DNA from: an uncultured Alphaproteobacteria bacterium | Lineage (GTDB): Bacteria > Pseudomonadota > Alphaproteobacteria > Rhodobacterales > Rhodobacteraceae | Direction of reading: 5' to 3' | Assembly (NCBI GenBank): GCA_902586885.1 | Contig: CACIJG010000006.1 | Location: 11,512-75,511, forward strand | Length of the DNA: 64,000 nt | Shown: piece after piece, positions 19,673-29,825 of the stretch | Layout of the letters: each line of letters begins with the position of its first letter | Position numbering within the stretch: position 1 is the first letter of the stretch | Translations under genes and position numbers: made by a program | Notes under the pieces: model-generated | What the model was told of the DNA's origin: nothing | The model's database searches: none | What the model saw: only the letters and a program-made list of their open reading frames with translations

Positions 19673-20563
19673 ATGATCGGTGAAAATGAAAAGAGACTTG
19701 CGGAAGATTGGTTTAAGTCCCTAAGGGACAGAATTTGCCAGGAATTTGAAGATATTGAGACTCTCCATCAAAAGTTGGATAGGAATAACGATAGAAAGCC
19801 TGGTAAATTTGATCAAAAAGAAACTAAAAGGGACTCTGGGAATAATACTGATGGAGGTGGCGGTGTTATGTCAATTATGCGAAACGGAAGAGTTTTTGAA
19901 AAAGTTGGCGTCAATGTATCTGCTGTTTATGGGCTACTTGCACCAGAAGCCCAGGCAAGTATTACTGCAAGAAAAAAAATTCCAAATCTAAAAGAAGATC
20001 CTCGTTTTTGGGCTTCCGGTATCAGCCTTGTTGCCCACATGAGAAACCCGCTTACACCCGCCATTCACTTAAATACTCGAATGTTCTGGACCCCTCACGC
20101 ATGGTGGTTTGGGGGCGGGACAGATCTCAATCCATCAATAGTTAATGATGAAGACACAAGATTCTTTCACGGGGTATTAAAAAAATTCTGCGATAGGCAT
20201 GACAGGGATTACTACTCAAGGTTTAAAGAGTGGGCAGATACATATTTTTTTATTCCTCACAGAAAAGTAGCCAGAGGTGTAGGAGGTATATTTTATGATG
20301 ATTTATCCACCGGAAACTGGAAAAATGATTTTGAATTCACAAAAGATGTGGGGAATGCATTTATAGAGGCATATATACCTATAACAAAAAAGCATTTTTT
20401 AAGATCATGGACAGATGATAACAAAAAAGCTCAGGAGATAAAAAGAGGACTCTATGCCGAGTTTAACTTAGTACATGATCGAGGGACTAAGTTCGGTCTT
20501 CAATCTGGACACAATGTCGAAGCAGTTTTAATGAGTCTTCCTCCAACGGCTAAATGGATATAA
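19673..20563 (+). CDS. hemF: oxygen-dependent coproporphyrinogen III oxidase
   Basis: Motifs VFEKVGVNVS, WFGGGTDLNP and RGVGGIFYDD. Confidence 0.9.
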   Translation: MIGENEKRLAEDWFKSLRDRICQEFEDIETLHQKLDRNNDRKPGKFDQKETKRDSGNNTDGGGGVMSIMRNGRVFEKVGVNVSAVYGLLAPEAQASITARKKIPNLKEDPRFWASGISLVAHMRNPLTPAIHLNTRMFWTPHAWWFGGGTDLNPSIVNDEDTRFFHGVLKKFCDRHDRDYYSRFKEWADTYFFIPHRKVARGVGGIFYDDLSTGNWKNDFEFTKDVGNAFIEAYIPITKKHFLRSWTDDNKKAQEIKRGLYAEFNLVHDRGTKFGLQSGHNVEAVLMSLPPTAKWI

Positions 20564-21802
20564 TCATAAGTATTTTATAAGTTTTTCTTCTGATATTTTG
20601 AAGTCTGACTCAACCCAAATATTTTTAAGATACTTTAGCTTTTCACCAGCAGCTACTTCATTATTTAATTTTTTATTAATATAAGAAAATGTTAGGGGAA
20701 ATATTTTTTTTGATCCTTCCTTCAGAAAATTTAATTCCTGTTTGGTTATTTTAAGGTCATTTCTTACGGCGTTTATTATTAAGCAATCTAATGCTTTTTC
20801 AAAACCAAGAAAAAAACCTAAGTACTTTAATTTTCTCATTTTTCCCAAATATTCTTTCAAAACTTGACAGTATTTTTCCTCTTTTTTTGACAAAAAATAT
20901 TCTGGATTTTTAATATTCAAACTCAAGACCCTTCTTTCTAAAATTGGAGAAAGTTTATATTTTTTCTCAAAAAAAATTAAACTCTTAATTCTTTTCTTAT
21001 TAAAAGAACCTAAAAACTCCTTATAGATTTTTGCTTCTTCCAGGCACTCCAAAGACATAGTTGGGTCAACAGATAACAAGATTCGTTTTAATTCAGAAGA
21101 AATTCTTTCTTTACTTATCATATCTAATTTATCTTTATACTTACCAATAACCTTTAAATAGTTTTTTTCAACATTCTGATAATTTAAGTCTAACTCTGCT
21201 ATTAAGCGAAAAAATCTTAAAATCCTTAAGTAGTCTTCTTTTATTCTTTTGTCCGGATTACCTATGAACCTCAGTTTTTTATTCTTCAAATCCTCAAAGC
21301 CATCTAATGGATCAACTAAATTACCTTCTTTCGAACAATAAATAGCATTAAATGTAAAGTCTCGCCTCTTTGCGTCATCAGTTATATCCCGAGAAAACTT
21401 GATCTTTGCAGATCTCCCAAAAGTCTCGATATCTTTTCTAAAAGACGTTATTTGGAATCTCTTTTTCATGAATTTAACAAATAATGTTCCGTATTTGGAG
21501 GCACGCTTATCAAACTCTAGCCCTTCTTTTTTTAAGATTTTAATTATTTCACTGGGACAACCATTTGTTGCTAAGTCAATATCCGTAATTACTTTACCTA
21601 AAAAATAATTTCTTAAAGCACCTCCGACAATAAAGCAATCCAGGTCCTGGCTATTTATTAGCTCCAATAAACCAAATGCCTCCAGACCAAAAACCTTTTT
21701 AAAATTAATTGGTTTCAAAATACGAGCCTTATCTATAAAAAAATTTTTCTGAAAGATTGTATAGAATTCTTGCTGTCGCGCCCCAAATATAATAAGAACC
21801 AT
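20564..21802 (-). CDS. cca: CCA tRNA nucleotidyltransferase / poly(A) polymerase family
   Basis: Motifs FIVGGALRNYFLGK..DIDLAT and RRDFTFNA. The ATG at 21802 overlaps the upstream gene by 74 nt. An in-frame TTG at 21718 (MKPINFKK...) would remove the overlap. Confidence 0.8.
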   Translation of the reverse strand: MVLIIFGARQQEFYTIFQKNFFIDKARILKPINFKKVFGLEAFGLLELINSQDLDCFIVGGALRNYFLGKVITDIDLATNGCPSEIIKILKKEGLEFDKRASKYGTLFVKFMKKRFQITSFRKDIETFGRSAKIKFSRDITDDAKRRDFTFNAIYCSKEGNLVDPLDGFEDLKNKKLRFIGNPDKRIKEDYLRILRFFRLIAELDLNYQNVEKNYLKVIGKYKDKLDMISKERISSELKRILLSVDPTMSLECLEEAKIYKEFLGSFNKKRIKSLIFFEKKYKLSPILERRVLSLNIKNPEYFLSKKEEKYCQVLKEYLGKMRKLKYLGFFLGFEKALDCLIINAVRNDLKITKQELNFLKEGSKKIFPLTFSYINKKLNNEVAAGEKLKYLKNIWVESDFKISEEKLIKYL

Positions 21803-22355
21803 AAGGTATAGCCAAGTAGTTCCTATTTGCTTTTTTTATATTCAGAAAATGACGGCTAAACTTCTTTTTTTCTAAAACAAAGGTCAAGGGTACTTCAAAA
21901 ATTTCCTCAACTTCATCCGAGTTTTTTATAAGCTCATCATGTGGAGAAATAATTCCTAAAAAAGGAAATATTCTGAAGCCCGTTATAGTTTCGTGTGATT
22001 GCAAGCTACCAAATATATTAATATTATTCGTTTTAACACCTATTTCTTCACTAGTTTCTCTCAAAGCCGTATTTAACAGGTATTTATCTCTAGAATCATA
22101 TTTTCCCCCCGGAAAAGAAATTTGACCCGCATGTTTTTTTAATTTCCTGGATCTCCTAGTCATGATTAATTTCCAGACACTTCCTCGTAACACAAGCGGA
22201 ACCAAGACTGCCGATGATATTAAATCATATTCTTGAGATTCAAATAAAGTTCCTGTATCAGAAGTAGTTTCGGGCTTTCTGTCAGGCTTAACATGATAAT
22301 TAACAGGAAAAACGACTTCTTTTATCCTTTGAATTATTTCGATGTGGTCATTCAT
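21729..22355 (-). CDS. NUDIX hydrolase, CoA pyrophosphatase-like
   Basis: Nudix box GQISFPGGKYDSRDKYLLNTALRETSEEIGV. Confidence 0.8.
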   Translation of the reverse strand: MNDHIEIIQRIKEVVFPVNYHVKPDRKPETTSDTGTLFESQEYDLISSAVLVPLVLRGSVWKLIMTRRSRKLKKHAGQISFPGGKYDSRDKYLLNTALRETSEEIGVKTNNINIFGSLQSHETITGFRIFPFLGIISPHDELIKNSDEVEEIFEVPLTFVLEKKKFSRHFLNIKKANRNYLAIPYGSYYIWGATARILYNLSEKFFYR

Positions 22356-22377
22356 GCTTGTATTTGTCCAAGTAAAA

Positions 22378-23268
22378 TTATGTATCTATTTTCAGTCTAT
22401 AAATTTTACCACAAAACTGACAGTCTGCTTGGATTATACCCTTAGAGTCTTGCATTGCTTCAAGTTCTTTTTTCGAATGACCTTTTAAAGTAGATAATAG
22501 TTTATCCTTTCTACAAGAGCAGCCAAACTTGATTTTTTTAGGAGCGTATACCGTTATTTCCATACTATTGAATAAGTCATTCAAAAATTGGTATTCATCA
22601 ATTTTTTCTTGATTTGAATAAATTTGCACCTTCTCAGTTATTCTGTTTGAAAAATCTTTCCAATTTTTTCTTTCTAAAGTTTGTTTTTTTTCTTTAAGAT
22701 TTGGTAATTCTTGAACCATTAAACCTACTGCATTCCAAGAAGGTCCTTCGTCATTTTGATGATTTTTCTTTATATTTAAAGAAAATAATGTGAGTATCTG
22801 CTCTGATTGGAAAAAGTATGTTTCTGCTGATCTAGCCAGATCACCTGTTACTATTGGGGTTATACCTTTGTATGGTTCCGTATTTCTCCCCTGGTCAATA
22901 ATTAAAGAAAAAAAACCTTTTCCAATTAAATCACTTGAAATTTTTTGACCGGAAAAATCCCTTGTTTTATCGTAGTCAGCATAGGCTCTAAGCCTTGCTA
23001 CTCCTTTCCCTTTATTAGGAGCGAAGTAGTCTGTAGCCAAAAGTTTAACTGGTCCCTCACCTCTTATTTGCAAAGATAATCGCCACCTGAGTTTAATCAT
23101 TTCTCCAATTAATGCCGTTAAAAGAGTAGCCTCAGCTAATAGCAGTGCAATTCTATTAGGATAATTATGGTTTTTTAAAATATCTTCGAGCATTGGCCCA
23201 ACCCTAGCAAGACGTCCTCGAACATTCTTCTTGTCTAACTGAAAAGCCAACATTGAATCCATAAACAT
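22378..23268 (-). CDS. hslO: Hsp33 family redox-regulated chaperone
   Basis: C-terminal zinc centre CSCRKD...CQFCGKIY, and length and N-terminal pattern are Hsp33-like. Confidence 0.85.
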   Translation of the reverse strand: MFMDSMLAFQLDKKNVRGRLARVGPMLEDILKNHNYPNRIALLLAEATLLTALIGEMIKLRWRLSLQIRGEGPVKLLATDYFAPNKGKGVARLRAYADYDKTRDFSGQKISSDLIGKGFFSLIIDQGRNTEPYKGITPIVTGDLARSAETYFFQSEQILTLFSLNIKKNHQNDEGPSWNAVGLMVQELPNLKEKKQTLERKNWKDFSNRITEKVQIYSNQEKIDEYQFLNDLFNSMEITVYAPKKIKFGCSCRKDKLLSTLKGHSKKELEAMQDSKGIIQADCQFCGKIYRLKIDT

Positions 23269-23312
23269 AAATGATTTCCTTTTCTATTTAAATTTAGTCT
23301 TTATTTTAGAAA

Positions 23313-23852
23313 TTGAACTCGGTCTACAGAATTTTAAAAAAAAGGGAAAAAGAGTTGATAAGATTCGGTGAAAATAAAAAAAGTAACATCAACTATAAAC
23401 GTAGGATTGGTGTTTATGGTTTACTTGTTTATAAAAACAAACTTATTCTTACAGAACAAGAAACTAGAGATAAAACTCTCGAAATTCAGCTTCCAGGTGG
23501 AGGGGTAGACAAAGACGAACAATCTATTCATGCGCTCCATAGGGAAGTAATGGAAGAAACAGGATGGCACATTAGAGTTTTAAAAAAAGAAGGTGTTTTT
23601 CAAAGATTCACCTTTATGCCCGAATATAATCTTTGGGCACACAAAATTTGTCATATCTATAGATGCAAACCAATTTATAAAAGGTCTTTAATATTAGAAA
23701 AAGGTCACAATTATATTTTTTCAAACTATGCAACTGCTATTGAACGGCTTGAAGATCCTGGATTTAAGCATTTTGTAAAAATTTTGAAAAATCAATTTGA
23801 CAGACGCTCTAGTAATTCTAGGTCGGGCCAACTATCAGCAGGCAACCCATAG
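23313..23852 (+). CDS. NUDIX hydrolase
   Basis: Nudix box LPGGGVDKDEQSIHALHREVMEETG. TTG start. The C-terminal tail overlaps the convergent mltB-like gene by 61 nt. Confidence 0.7.
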   Translation: MNSVYRILKKREKELIRFGENKKSNINYKRRIGVYGLLVYKNKLILTEQETRDKTLEIQLPGGGVDKDEQSIHALHREVMEETGWHIRVLKKEGVFQRFTFMPEYNLWAHKICHIYRCKPIYKRSLILEKGHNYIFSNYATAIERLEDPGFKHFVKILKNQFDRRSSNSRSGQLSAGNP

Positions 23853-25018
23853 AACAATTGCAATTTTCTGACTGATTGCCTAGTTTTAGCTCCCAAAATC
23901 CCATCAATCTTTCCTACATCGTAACCCCTTTTCTGTAATAAATTTTGAAGCAATATCATTGAATCAATTGTCAAAATACCTTCCGGATTTTTATGTTTAT
24001 ATTTTTTTCTTCCATCTAATCGTGTAGCTAGATGCGCCGCTGTGACAGTGTAAATAAAACTATCATTCCATTTCAAATATATTTCAAAATTTCTATAAGC
24101 CAAAAACGCAGGGCCATATCTTCCTTGAGGTAACAATAGGGTAGATTCTCTATCATATTTCTCTGAAAAATCTCCCTGTCTTAATGTTACACCTAGTTTT
24201 TTCCAATCTCTTAAGGATCTGGATCGCCCAAATCCCGCTAAGTGCCAATGGAAGTTCTCTGGTAAAAACACTTCGTCTAACCAGGGTTCGTTCTTAATCC
24301 AGCCCATATGTCCAATTAGGTTTGCTGCAGTCATTATGGCATCCTCTGCAGATTCCTTTAACAAAACCTTTCCATCCCCGTTCCCATCGAATCCAAACTC
24401 AAGAATGTCTTTAGGCAACATTTGAACCTGTCCTATTTCTCCTGCCCAAGCACCAGTAGTTTTTTCAGCATCAATATCACCTCTCTCGACCAATTGAATA
24501 GCTGCTATGAATTCAGGTTGGAATAATTCTGGACGCCTGCAATCAAACCCCAGTGTAGCCAGAGAACTTAGTGTATGGAATTCCCCTTGAACTGCTCCAA
24601 AATCTGTTTCCATAGCCCAGAAAGCAGTAATTACTTCCGGGGGGACGCCAAACAGTCTATTTGCTTGTTCAAATATATTTGAATGTTTCTTTATATTTTT
24701 TTTTCCGTTAACCAATCGGTAGTTATTTATTGCTCTTCCTGAAAAATCCATAAAGCTCATCTTGAAACTTTTTTGCCTTCTATCCATTTCAATAATTTTT
24801 TTATTAAATTTCGTAAATTTCAATGCTTCTGATATCGCTTTCTCACTCACTCCTTTTTTTTGAGCATGTTTTTTTGCTTTTTCTAAAAAAAACTCAAAAC
24901 TCCCCCCGCATTCTGCAAAAACATCACTTGCGAAAACAACACCATTACTTGAAAAAAAGAAAAGGAGGCCCAGCAACATACTAATTTCTTTAATTTTTTT
25001 TGAAATGAACGATTTCAT
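23792..25018 (-). CDS. lytic murein transglycosylase (MltB family) with C-terminal peptidoglycan-binding domain
   Basis: Signal peptide, motifs AMETDFG and GAWAGEIGQVQMLP, and a C-terminal PG_binding-like GKIDGILGAKTRQSVRKLQ. Confidence 0.85.
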   Translation of the reverse strand: MKSFISKKIKEISMLLGLLFFFSSNGVVFASDVFAECGGSFEFFLEKAKKHAQKKGVSEKAISEALKFTKFNKKIIEMDRRQKSFKMSFMDFSGRAINNYRLVNGKKNIKKHSNIFEQANRLFGVPPEVITAFWAMETDFGAVQGEFHTLSSLATLGFDCRRPELFQPEFIAAIQLVERGDIDAEKTTGAWAGEIGQVQMLPKDILEFGFDGNGDGKVLLKESAEDAIMTAANLIGHMGWIKNEPWLDEVFLPENFHWHLAGFGRSRSLRDWKKLGVTLRQGDFSEKYDRESTLLLPQGRYGPAFLAYRNFEIYLKWNDSFIYTVTAAHLATRLDGRKKYKHKNPEGILTIDSMILLQNLLQKRGYDVGKIDGILGAKTRQSVRKLQLFYGLPADSWPDLELLERLSN

Positions 25019-25034
25019 ATTAATTCACAAAACT

Positions 25035-25847
25035 CTATTTAATTCCCAACACATCAGACATATCATACAGACCGGGATCTTTCCCTAAAGCCCATATCGC
25101 AGCCTTTATAGCTCCATTAGCAAAAATATTCCTTGATAGAGCTTCATGTTTTATAGAAATTTTTTCATTTTCAGAAGCGAAAATAACTTCATGCTCACCG
25201 ATCACTCCACCTCCCCTCAAAGATGCGAAGCCAATTTTTCCTGTTTCTCTCACGCCTGTTATACCTTCCTTATTATATGAAGCTAAATCAGATAACTTTT
25301 TCTCCCGTGCTGTAGCAACTGATTCGCCTAACATTAATGCTGTACCCGACGGGGCGTCTACCTTGTTTCTGTGATGCATCTCCAATATTTCTACATCAAA
25401 GTCTAAATCCAGTGATTTTGCCACTTTTTCCACTAATTTGGTAAGCATGTTTATCCCCAAACTCATATTCCCTGCTTTAACAATCGGAATTCTGCTAGCA
25501 AAGGTAAGTATTTCTTTTTCCTGATTTTCATTGAAGCCAGTGGTACCAATAATGTGGGCTACTCCAAGGGTCGCACAAATATTTGAACTATAAACAGTAT
25601 TGGCAGGTTGAGTAAAATCAATTACTGCGTCGCTCCCTTCAAGAGACTCATGCAAATTATCTGAAACAATAATATTATTATTTTTTCCATTCATAATCTT
25701 ACCAATGTCTCTTCCCACCCATTTATGATTTTTCCTTTCTAAAACCGAATGCAACATTACTCGGTTTGATTCTAAAGCTTCACTTATTATAGTTGAACCC
25801 ATCCTTCCAGATGCTCCTAGAACACAAAGCTTTAACTGATTTTTCAT
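25035..25847 (-). CDS. dapB: 4-hydroxy-tetrahydrodipicolinate reductase
   Basis: Motifs GASGRMG, EMHHRNKVDAPSGTA and SLRGGGVIGEHEV. Confidence 0.9.
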   Translation of the reverse strand: MKNQLKLCVLGASGRMGSTIISEALESNRVMLHSVLERKNHKWVGRDIGKIMNGKNNNIIVSDNLHESLEGSDAVIDFTQPANTVYSSNICATLGVAHIIGTTGFNENQEKEILTFASRIPIVKAGNMSLGINMLTKLVEKVAKSLDLDFDVEILEMHHRNKVDAPSGTALMLGESVATAREKKLSDLASYNKEGITGVRETGKIGFASLRGGGVIGEHEVIFASENEKISIKHEALSRNIFANGAIKAAIWALGKDPGLYDMSDVLGIK

Positions 25848-25932
25848 TTTATCCTCAAAGACTGTATGAATAATTTTGAATATACATTACTACTACCTTA
25901 TAGTTCAAATATTGTAATCAAAGATTTTTCCT

Positions 25933-26328
25933 GTGGTCAAAAGAAATAAAAAAGCTAAATCTAATAATGAATTCTCTCAAAGGCAATTAAGAGTTTCAGA
26001 ATTGATTAAGAGAATGACTTCTTCAATATTATTAGACTCAAATTTTTATGATGAAAATAAAAAAAATTACTCTGCCTCCGTAAGTGAAGTTAGATGCTCT
26101 CCAGACCTGAAAATAGCAACTGTATATGTTTTACCTATTTCAAGAGTAGGTTCAGATGAACTTATTTTTTTTCTGGAAAAGAAAAAAAGTGAGATAAGGT
26201 ATGCTCTAGGTAAAAAACTTAGTCTTAAGTTTCTTCCTGATTTGAGATTTAAAGCCGATGAGCTGATTGAGCAAATTGAAAAAACAAATAAAATCTTTGA
26301 AGAAATTGATAAAAAGCATTCGACATAA
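25933..26328 (+). CDS. rbfA: ribosome-binding factor A
   Basis: 131 aa, GTG start. RbfA-like pattern (SQRQLRVSELIKR...VSEVRCSPDLKIATVYV) and conserved rbfA-truB-rpsO-pnp order. Confidence 0.8.
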   Translation: MVKRNKKAKSNNEFSQRQLRVSELIKRMTSSILLDSNFYDENKKNYSASVSEVRCSPDLKIATVYVLPISRVGSDELIFFLEKKKSEIRYALGKKLSLKFLPDLRFKADELIEQIEKTNKIFEEIDKKHST

Positions 26329-27229
26329 AGGTACTAACAAAAATCCAATCAATGGGTGGCTTATAATTGATAAACCTGCAGGTCTAACTTCTAACAAGGT
26401 TATTCAAAGAATTAAAAATCATATCAAACCAAAAAAAATTGGTCATGCTGGAACTCTTGATCCAGACGCAACTGGTGTTCTTCCAGTAGCGATGGGGGAA
26501 GCTACAAAAGTAATTCCATATTTGATGAGCCAAAAAAAAACCTACGTATCTACCATAAAATTTGGAATTAAAACAGATACTGACGATGTTAGCGGAAAGA
26601 TACTTAAGCGATCAAATTATAGACCAACAAAAAGGGAAATTTCTGAAGCTTTAAAATATTTTTCAGGCCAAATATATCAAAAGCCACCAATTGTTTCAGC
26701 CGTCAAAGTAAATGGATCTAGAGCATATAAACTATTTCATTTAGGACAAGACATCTCACTCAAATCTAGGAAACTATTAGTTTCAAATATTAAAATTATA
26801 TCTCGACTAGATACTGAAAGATGCTCAATATCATTCGCTTGTGGGAAGGGCGGGTATGTAAGGTCAATCGCTAGAGATATTGGTGATTTTTTAGGTTGCT
26901 TTGGATGTGTAGAAACATTGTCGAGAACAAACTATGGGCATTTTGAAATTGAAGACAGCATAAAGCTAGAAAACTTATTAAATATTTCTTTGGAAGAAGT
27001 TAAGAGTCTGACTTTAGGATTGGAGAAAGGGTTTTCTCATTTAAAATTTTTCGAGTGTTTAAGGGACGATTATAAAAAACTAGAAAATGGAATTCCAATA
27101 AAAAATATTTATGATCAAACAATAAAAACTGAAGATGAAGTAGTAGCATTTTTTGAAGGAAGGCCTATTTGTATTTTAATTTGTAAAAACACCATGCTCA
27201 AACCTAAAAGAAAATTTAATTTGGATTAA
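26267..27229 (+). CDS. truB: tRNA pseudouridine(55) synthase
   Basis: Motifs NGWLIIDKPAGLTSNKV and HAGTLDPDATGVLPVAMGEATK. The TTG start at 26267 (or 26276) overlaps the rbfA 3' end, and there is no later canonical start before the conserved core. Confidence 0.9.
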   Translation: MSKLKKQIKSLKKLIKSIRHKGTNKNPINGWLIIDKPAGLTSNKVIQRIKNHIKPKKIGHAGTLDPDATGVLPVAMGEATKVIPYLMSQKKTYVSTIKFGIKTDTDDVSGKILKRSNYRPTKREISEALKYFSGQIYQKPPIVSAVKVNGSRAYKLFHLGQDISLKSRKLLVSNIKIISRLDTERCSISFACGKGGYVRSIARDIGDFLGCFGCVETLSRTNYGHFEIEDSIKLENLLNISLEEVKSLTLGLEKGFSHLKFFECLRDDYKKLENGIPIKNIYDQTIKTEDEVVAFFEGRPICILICKNTMLKPKRKFNLD

Positions 27230-27351
27230 GTCAAAGAATTCATTAATAGTTAAATTTTTCTTTCTTTTTTCTTGAAATGATTTATCAATACTTTTAGATA
27301 AAAACTCCTAACTGGACGACATCCTGGTAGGAAAAAAAAAAGGAGAAGAAG

Positions 27352-27621
27352 ATGTCGATTTCTGCAGACGATAAACAACAAGTTATAAAAGAGTATTCTA
27401 CTAAAAAAGGAGACACTGGCTCCCCAGAAGTACAGGTTGCAATTCTCACAAAAAGAATCATAAATCTTACAGAACATTTCAAAACACACAAGAAGGATAA
27501 CCACTCTAGAAGAGGTCTTTTAAAAATGGTATCTCTAAGACGTAAACTCCTTGATTATGTTCGCTCAAAAGACGAAGACCGTTATAAGGATCTGATTAAA
27601 AGATTGGATATCAGAAGATAG
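27352..27621 (+). CDS. rpsO: 30S ribosomal protein S15
   Basis: 89 aa, with [41 protein letters not shown] upstream. Confidence 0.95.
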   Translation: MSISADDKQQVIKEYSTKKGDTGSPEVQVAILTKRIINLTEHFKTHKKDNHSRRGLLKMVSLRRKLLDYVRSKDEDRYKDLIKRLDIRR

Positions 27622-27685
27622 AAGTCTTCCATAATAATTACTTAATAAATCCAAAAAAATTAATAAATTACAAAAAAGGCACGAT

Positions 27686-29815
27686 ATGTTTAATGAAATA
27701 AAGAAGTCCATAGAGTGGGGTCATGATACGTTAACTCTAGAGACAGGAAAGATAGCAAGGCAAGCAGACTCAACCGTAATAGCCACCTATGGAGAAACAG
27801 TGGTAATGGCAGCTGTGGTATTTGCAAAGGAAAGCAAGCCTGGTCAAGACTTTTTTCCCCTTACGGTTAATTATCAAGAAAAATATTATGCAGCAGGAAA
27901 GATACCTGGTGGTTTTTTTAAGAGAGAAGCCAGGCCAACTGAGAAAGAAACTTTAACTAGCAGGTTGATTGATAGACCTATAAGACCATTATTTGTCGAG
28001 GGCTTTAAACACGAGGTACAAGTGACCTGTACAGTTTTAAGTCACGATTTAGAAAATGACCCGGATATCGTTGCTATGATTGCCGCTTCAGCTGCACTCA
28101 CTCTTTCAGGAGCACCATTTTTAGGACCTATTGGTGGGGCTCGGGTCGGATTTGTAAATGGTTCATATGTTCTTAATCCATCAGTTGAAGACATGGGCGG
28201 TATAAAGGACAATAACGAACAAAGACTGGATTTAGTAATTGCCGGAACTAAGGATGCGGTAATGATGGTCGAGTCTGAAGCTTATGAGCTCTCAGAACAG
28301 GAAATGCTTGGGGCTGTAAAATTTGGGCACGAACAAATGGTACCTGTTATTGAAATGATAATTGATCTTGCTAAATCAGCGGCAAAGGTGCCTTTTAATT
28401 TTGAATATACTACTAATACCGAACTATATAAAAAGGTAAAAAAAGAGGGCAATAAACCTTTATCAGATGCATTCAAAATTTCAGATAAAAAAGAAAGGCA
28501 AACTGCAATTTCCGAGGCTATTGAAAAAGTAAAAGCTTCACTTTCGGACGAAGACCTTGAAAGCGAAGAACTTCCAGAGCTAATTAAGAAGGTCGAATCA
28601 GAAATTGTAAGAAATAATATTCTAAAAAACGGTAAGAGAATAGATGGCCGCGATTTATCAACCGTTAGACCAATAGTGTGTGAAACTAGATTGCTTCCCA
28701 GAACCCATGGATCAGCTCTCTTTACTAGAGGTGAAACTCAAGGATTAGTAGTTACAACTCTTGGTGCAGGCGATGACGAACAAATCATTGATGCCCTTGA
28801 CAAAGAAGGAAGGGTAAACTTCATGCTCCACTATAATTTTCCACCTTATTCAGTTGGAGAATGTGGTAGAATGATGGGGCCTGGTCGACGAGAGATAGGT
28901 CACGGAAAACTCGCTTGGAGAGCCCTTCAGGCTGTGTTGCCAACGGCCGAAGATTTCCCATATACAATAAGGGTTGTGTCTGAAATAACTGAGTCTAATG
29001 GATCATCTTCTATGGCTACCGTATGCGGTTCATCTCTTTCAATGATGGATGCGGGGGTTCCCTTAAAAGCGCCAGTTGCAGGAATTGCAATGGGTTTAAT
29101 TTTGGAAGGCGATAATTTTGCCGTTTTAACAGACATTCTGGGAGATGAAGACCACCTCGGAGACATGGACTTTAAAGTTGCAGGTACTGAAGCTGGAATT
29201 ACATCTTTGCAGATGGACATAAAAGTGGCAGGAATAACCTCTGAAATAATGGAAAAGGCTTTGGGCCAAGCTAAAGATGCCCGCCTTCATATTTTGTCTG
29301 AAATGAGCAAATCTTTGTCAAAAACATCAGATTTTTCTAAATATGCTCCAAGAATAGAGTCTTTGAATGTTCCAAGTGATAAAATCCGAGAAGTTATAGG
29401 AAGTGGTGGAAAAGTAATACGCGAGATTGTTGAGCTTTCTGGTGCTAAAGTAGATATAAATGATGATGGGTTAGTTAGACTCGCTTCTCAAAATCTTGAA
29501 AGCATCGAAAAAGCGAAGCAAATGATTAAAGAAATAGTAGAGGATCCAGAAGTAGGAAAAATTTACAAAGGAAAAATTGTCAAGTTGATGGATTTTGGAG
29601 CCTTTGTAAATTTCTATGGAAAAAGAGACGGGTTGGTACACGTTAGCCAAATAGCAAATGAAAGAATTAATCACCCAAAAGATGTTCTAAAAGAAGGACA
29701 AGAAGTTTCAGTAAAACTTATTGGCATAGATGATAGAGGAAAAAGTAAACTATCAATGAAAATTGTTGATCAAGAAACTGGTGAAGAAATTCCTAAACCT
29801 GAAAAAGAAGACTAA
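27686..29815 (+). CDS. pnp: polyribonucleotide nucleotidyltransferase (PNPase)
   Basis: 709 aa with two RNase PH domains, a KH domain and an S1 domain ([15 protein letters not shown]). Confidence 0.95.
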   Translation: MFNEIKKSIEWGHDTLTLETGKIARQADSTVIATYGETVVMAAVVFAKESKPGQDFFPLTVNYQEKYYAAGKIPGGFFKREARPTEKETLTSRLIDRPIRPLFVEGFKHEVQVTCTVLSHDLENDPDIVAMIAASAALTLSGAPFLGPIGGARVGFVNGSYVLNPSVEDMGGIKDNNEQRLDLVIAGTKDAVMMVESEAYELSEQEMLGAVKFGHEQMVPVIEMIIDLAKSAAKVPFNFEYTTNTELYKKVKKEGNKPLSDAFKISDKKERQTAISEAIEKVKASLSDEDLESEELPELIKKVESEIVRNNILKNGKRIDGRDLSTVRPIVCETRLLPRTHGSALFTRGETQGLVVTTLGAGDDEQIIDALDKEGRVNFMLHYNFPPYSVGECGRMMGPGRREIGHGKLAWRALQAVLPTAEDFPYTIRVVSEITESNGSSSMATVCGSSLSMMDAGVPLKAPVAGIAMGLILEGDNFAVLTDILGDEDHLGDMDFKVAGTEAGITSLQMDIKVAGITSEIMEKALGQAKDARLHILSEMSKSLSKTSDFSKYAPRIESLNVPSDKIREVIGSGGKVIREIVELSGAKVDINDDGLVRLASQNLESIEKAKQMIKEIVEDPEVGKIYKGKIVKLMDFGAFVNFYGKRDGLVHVSQIANERINHPKDVLKEGQEVSVKLIGIDDRGKSKLSMKIVDQETGEEIPKPEKED

Positions 29816-29825
29816 ACAAGTTTCT

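Noticed and set aside
27230-27351. Imperfect hairpin CTAACTGGAcgacaTCCTGGTAG and an A10 tract upstream of rpsO, a possible S15 autoregulatory leader
   Set aside because: The stem has two mismatches in 9 positions and I cannot show a pseudoknot or conservation. It is kept only as a note. It needs comparative alignment.
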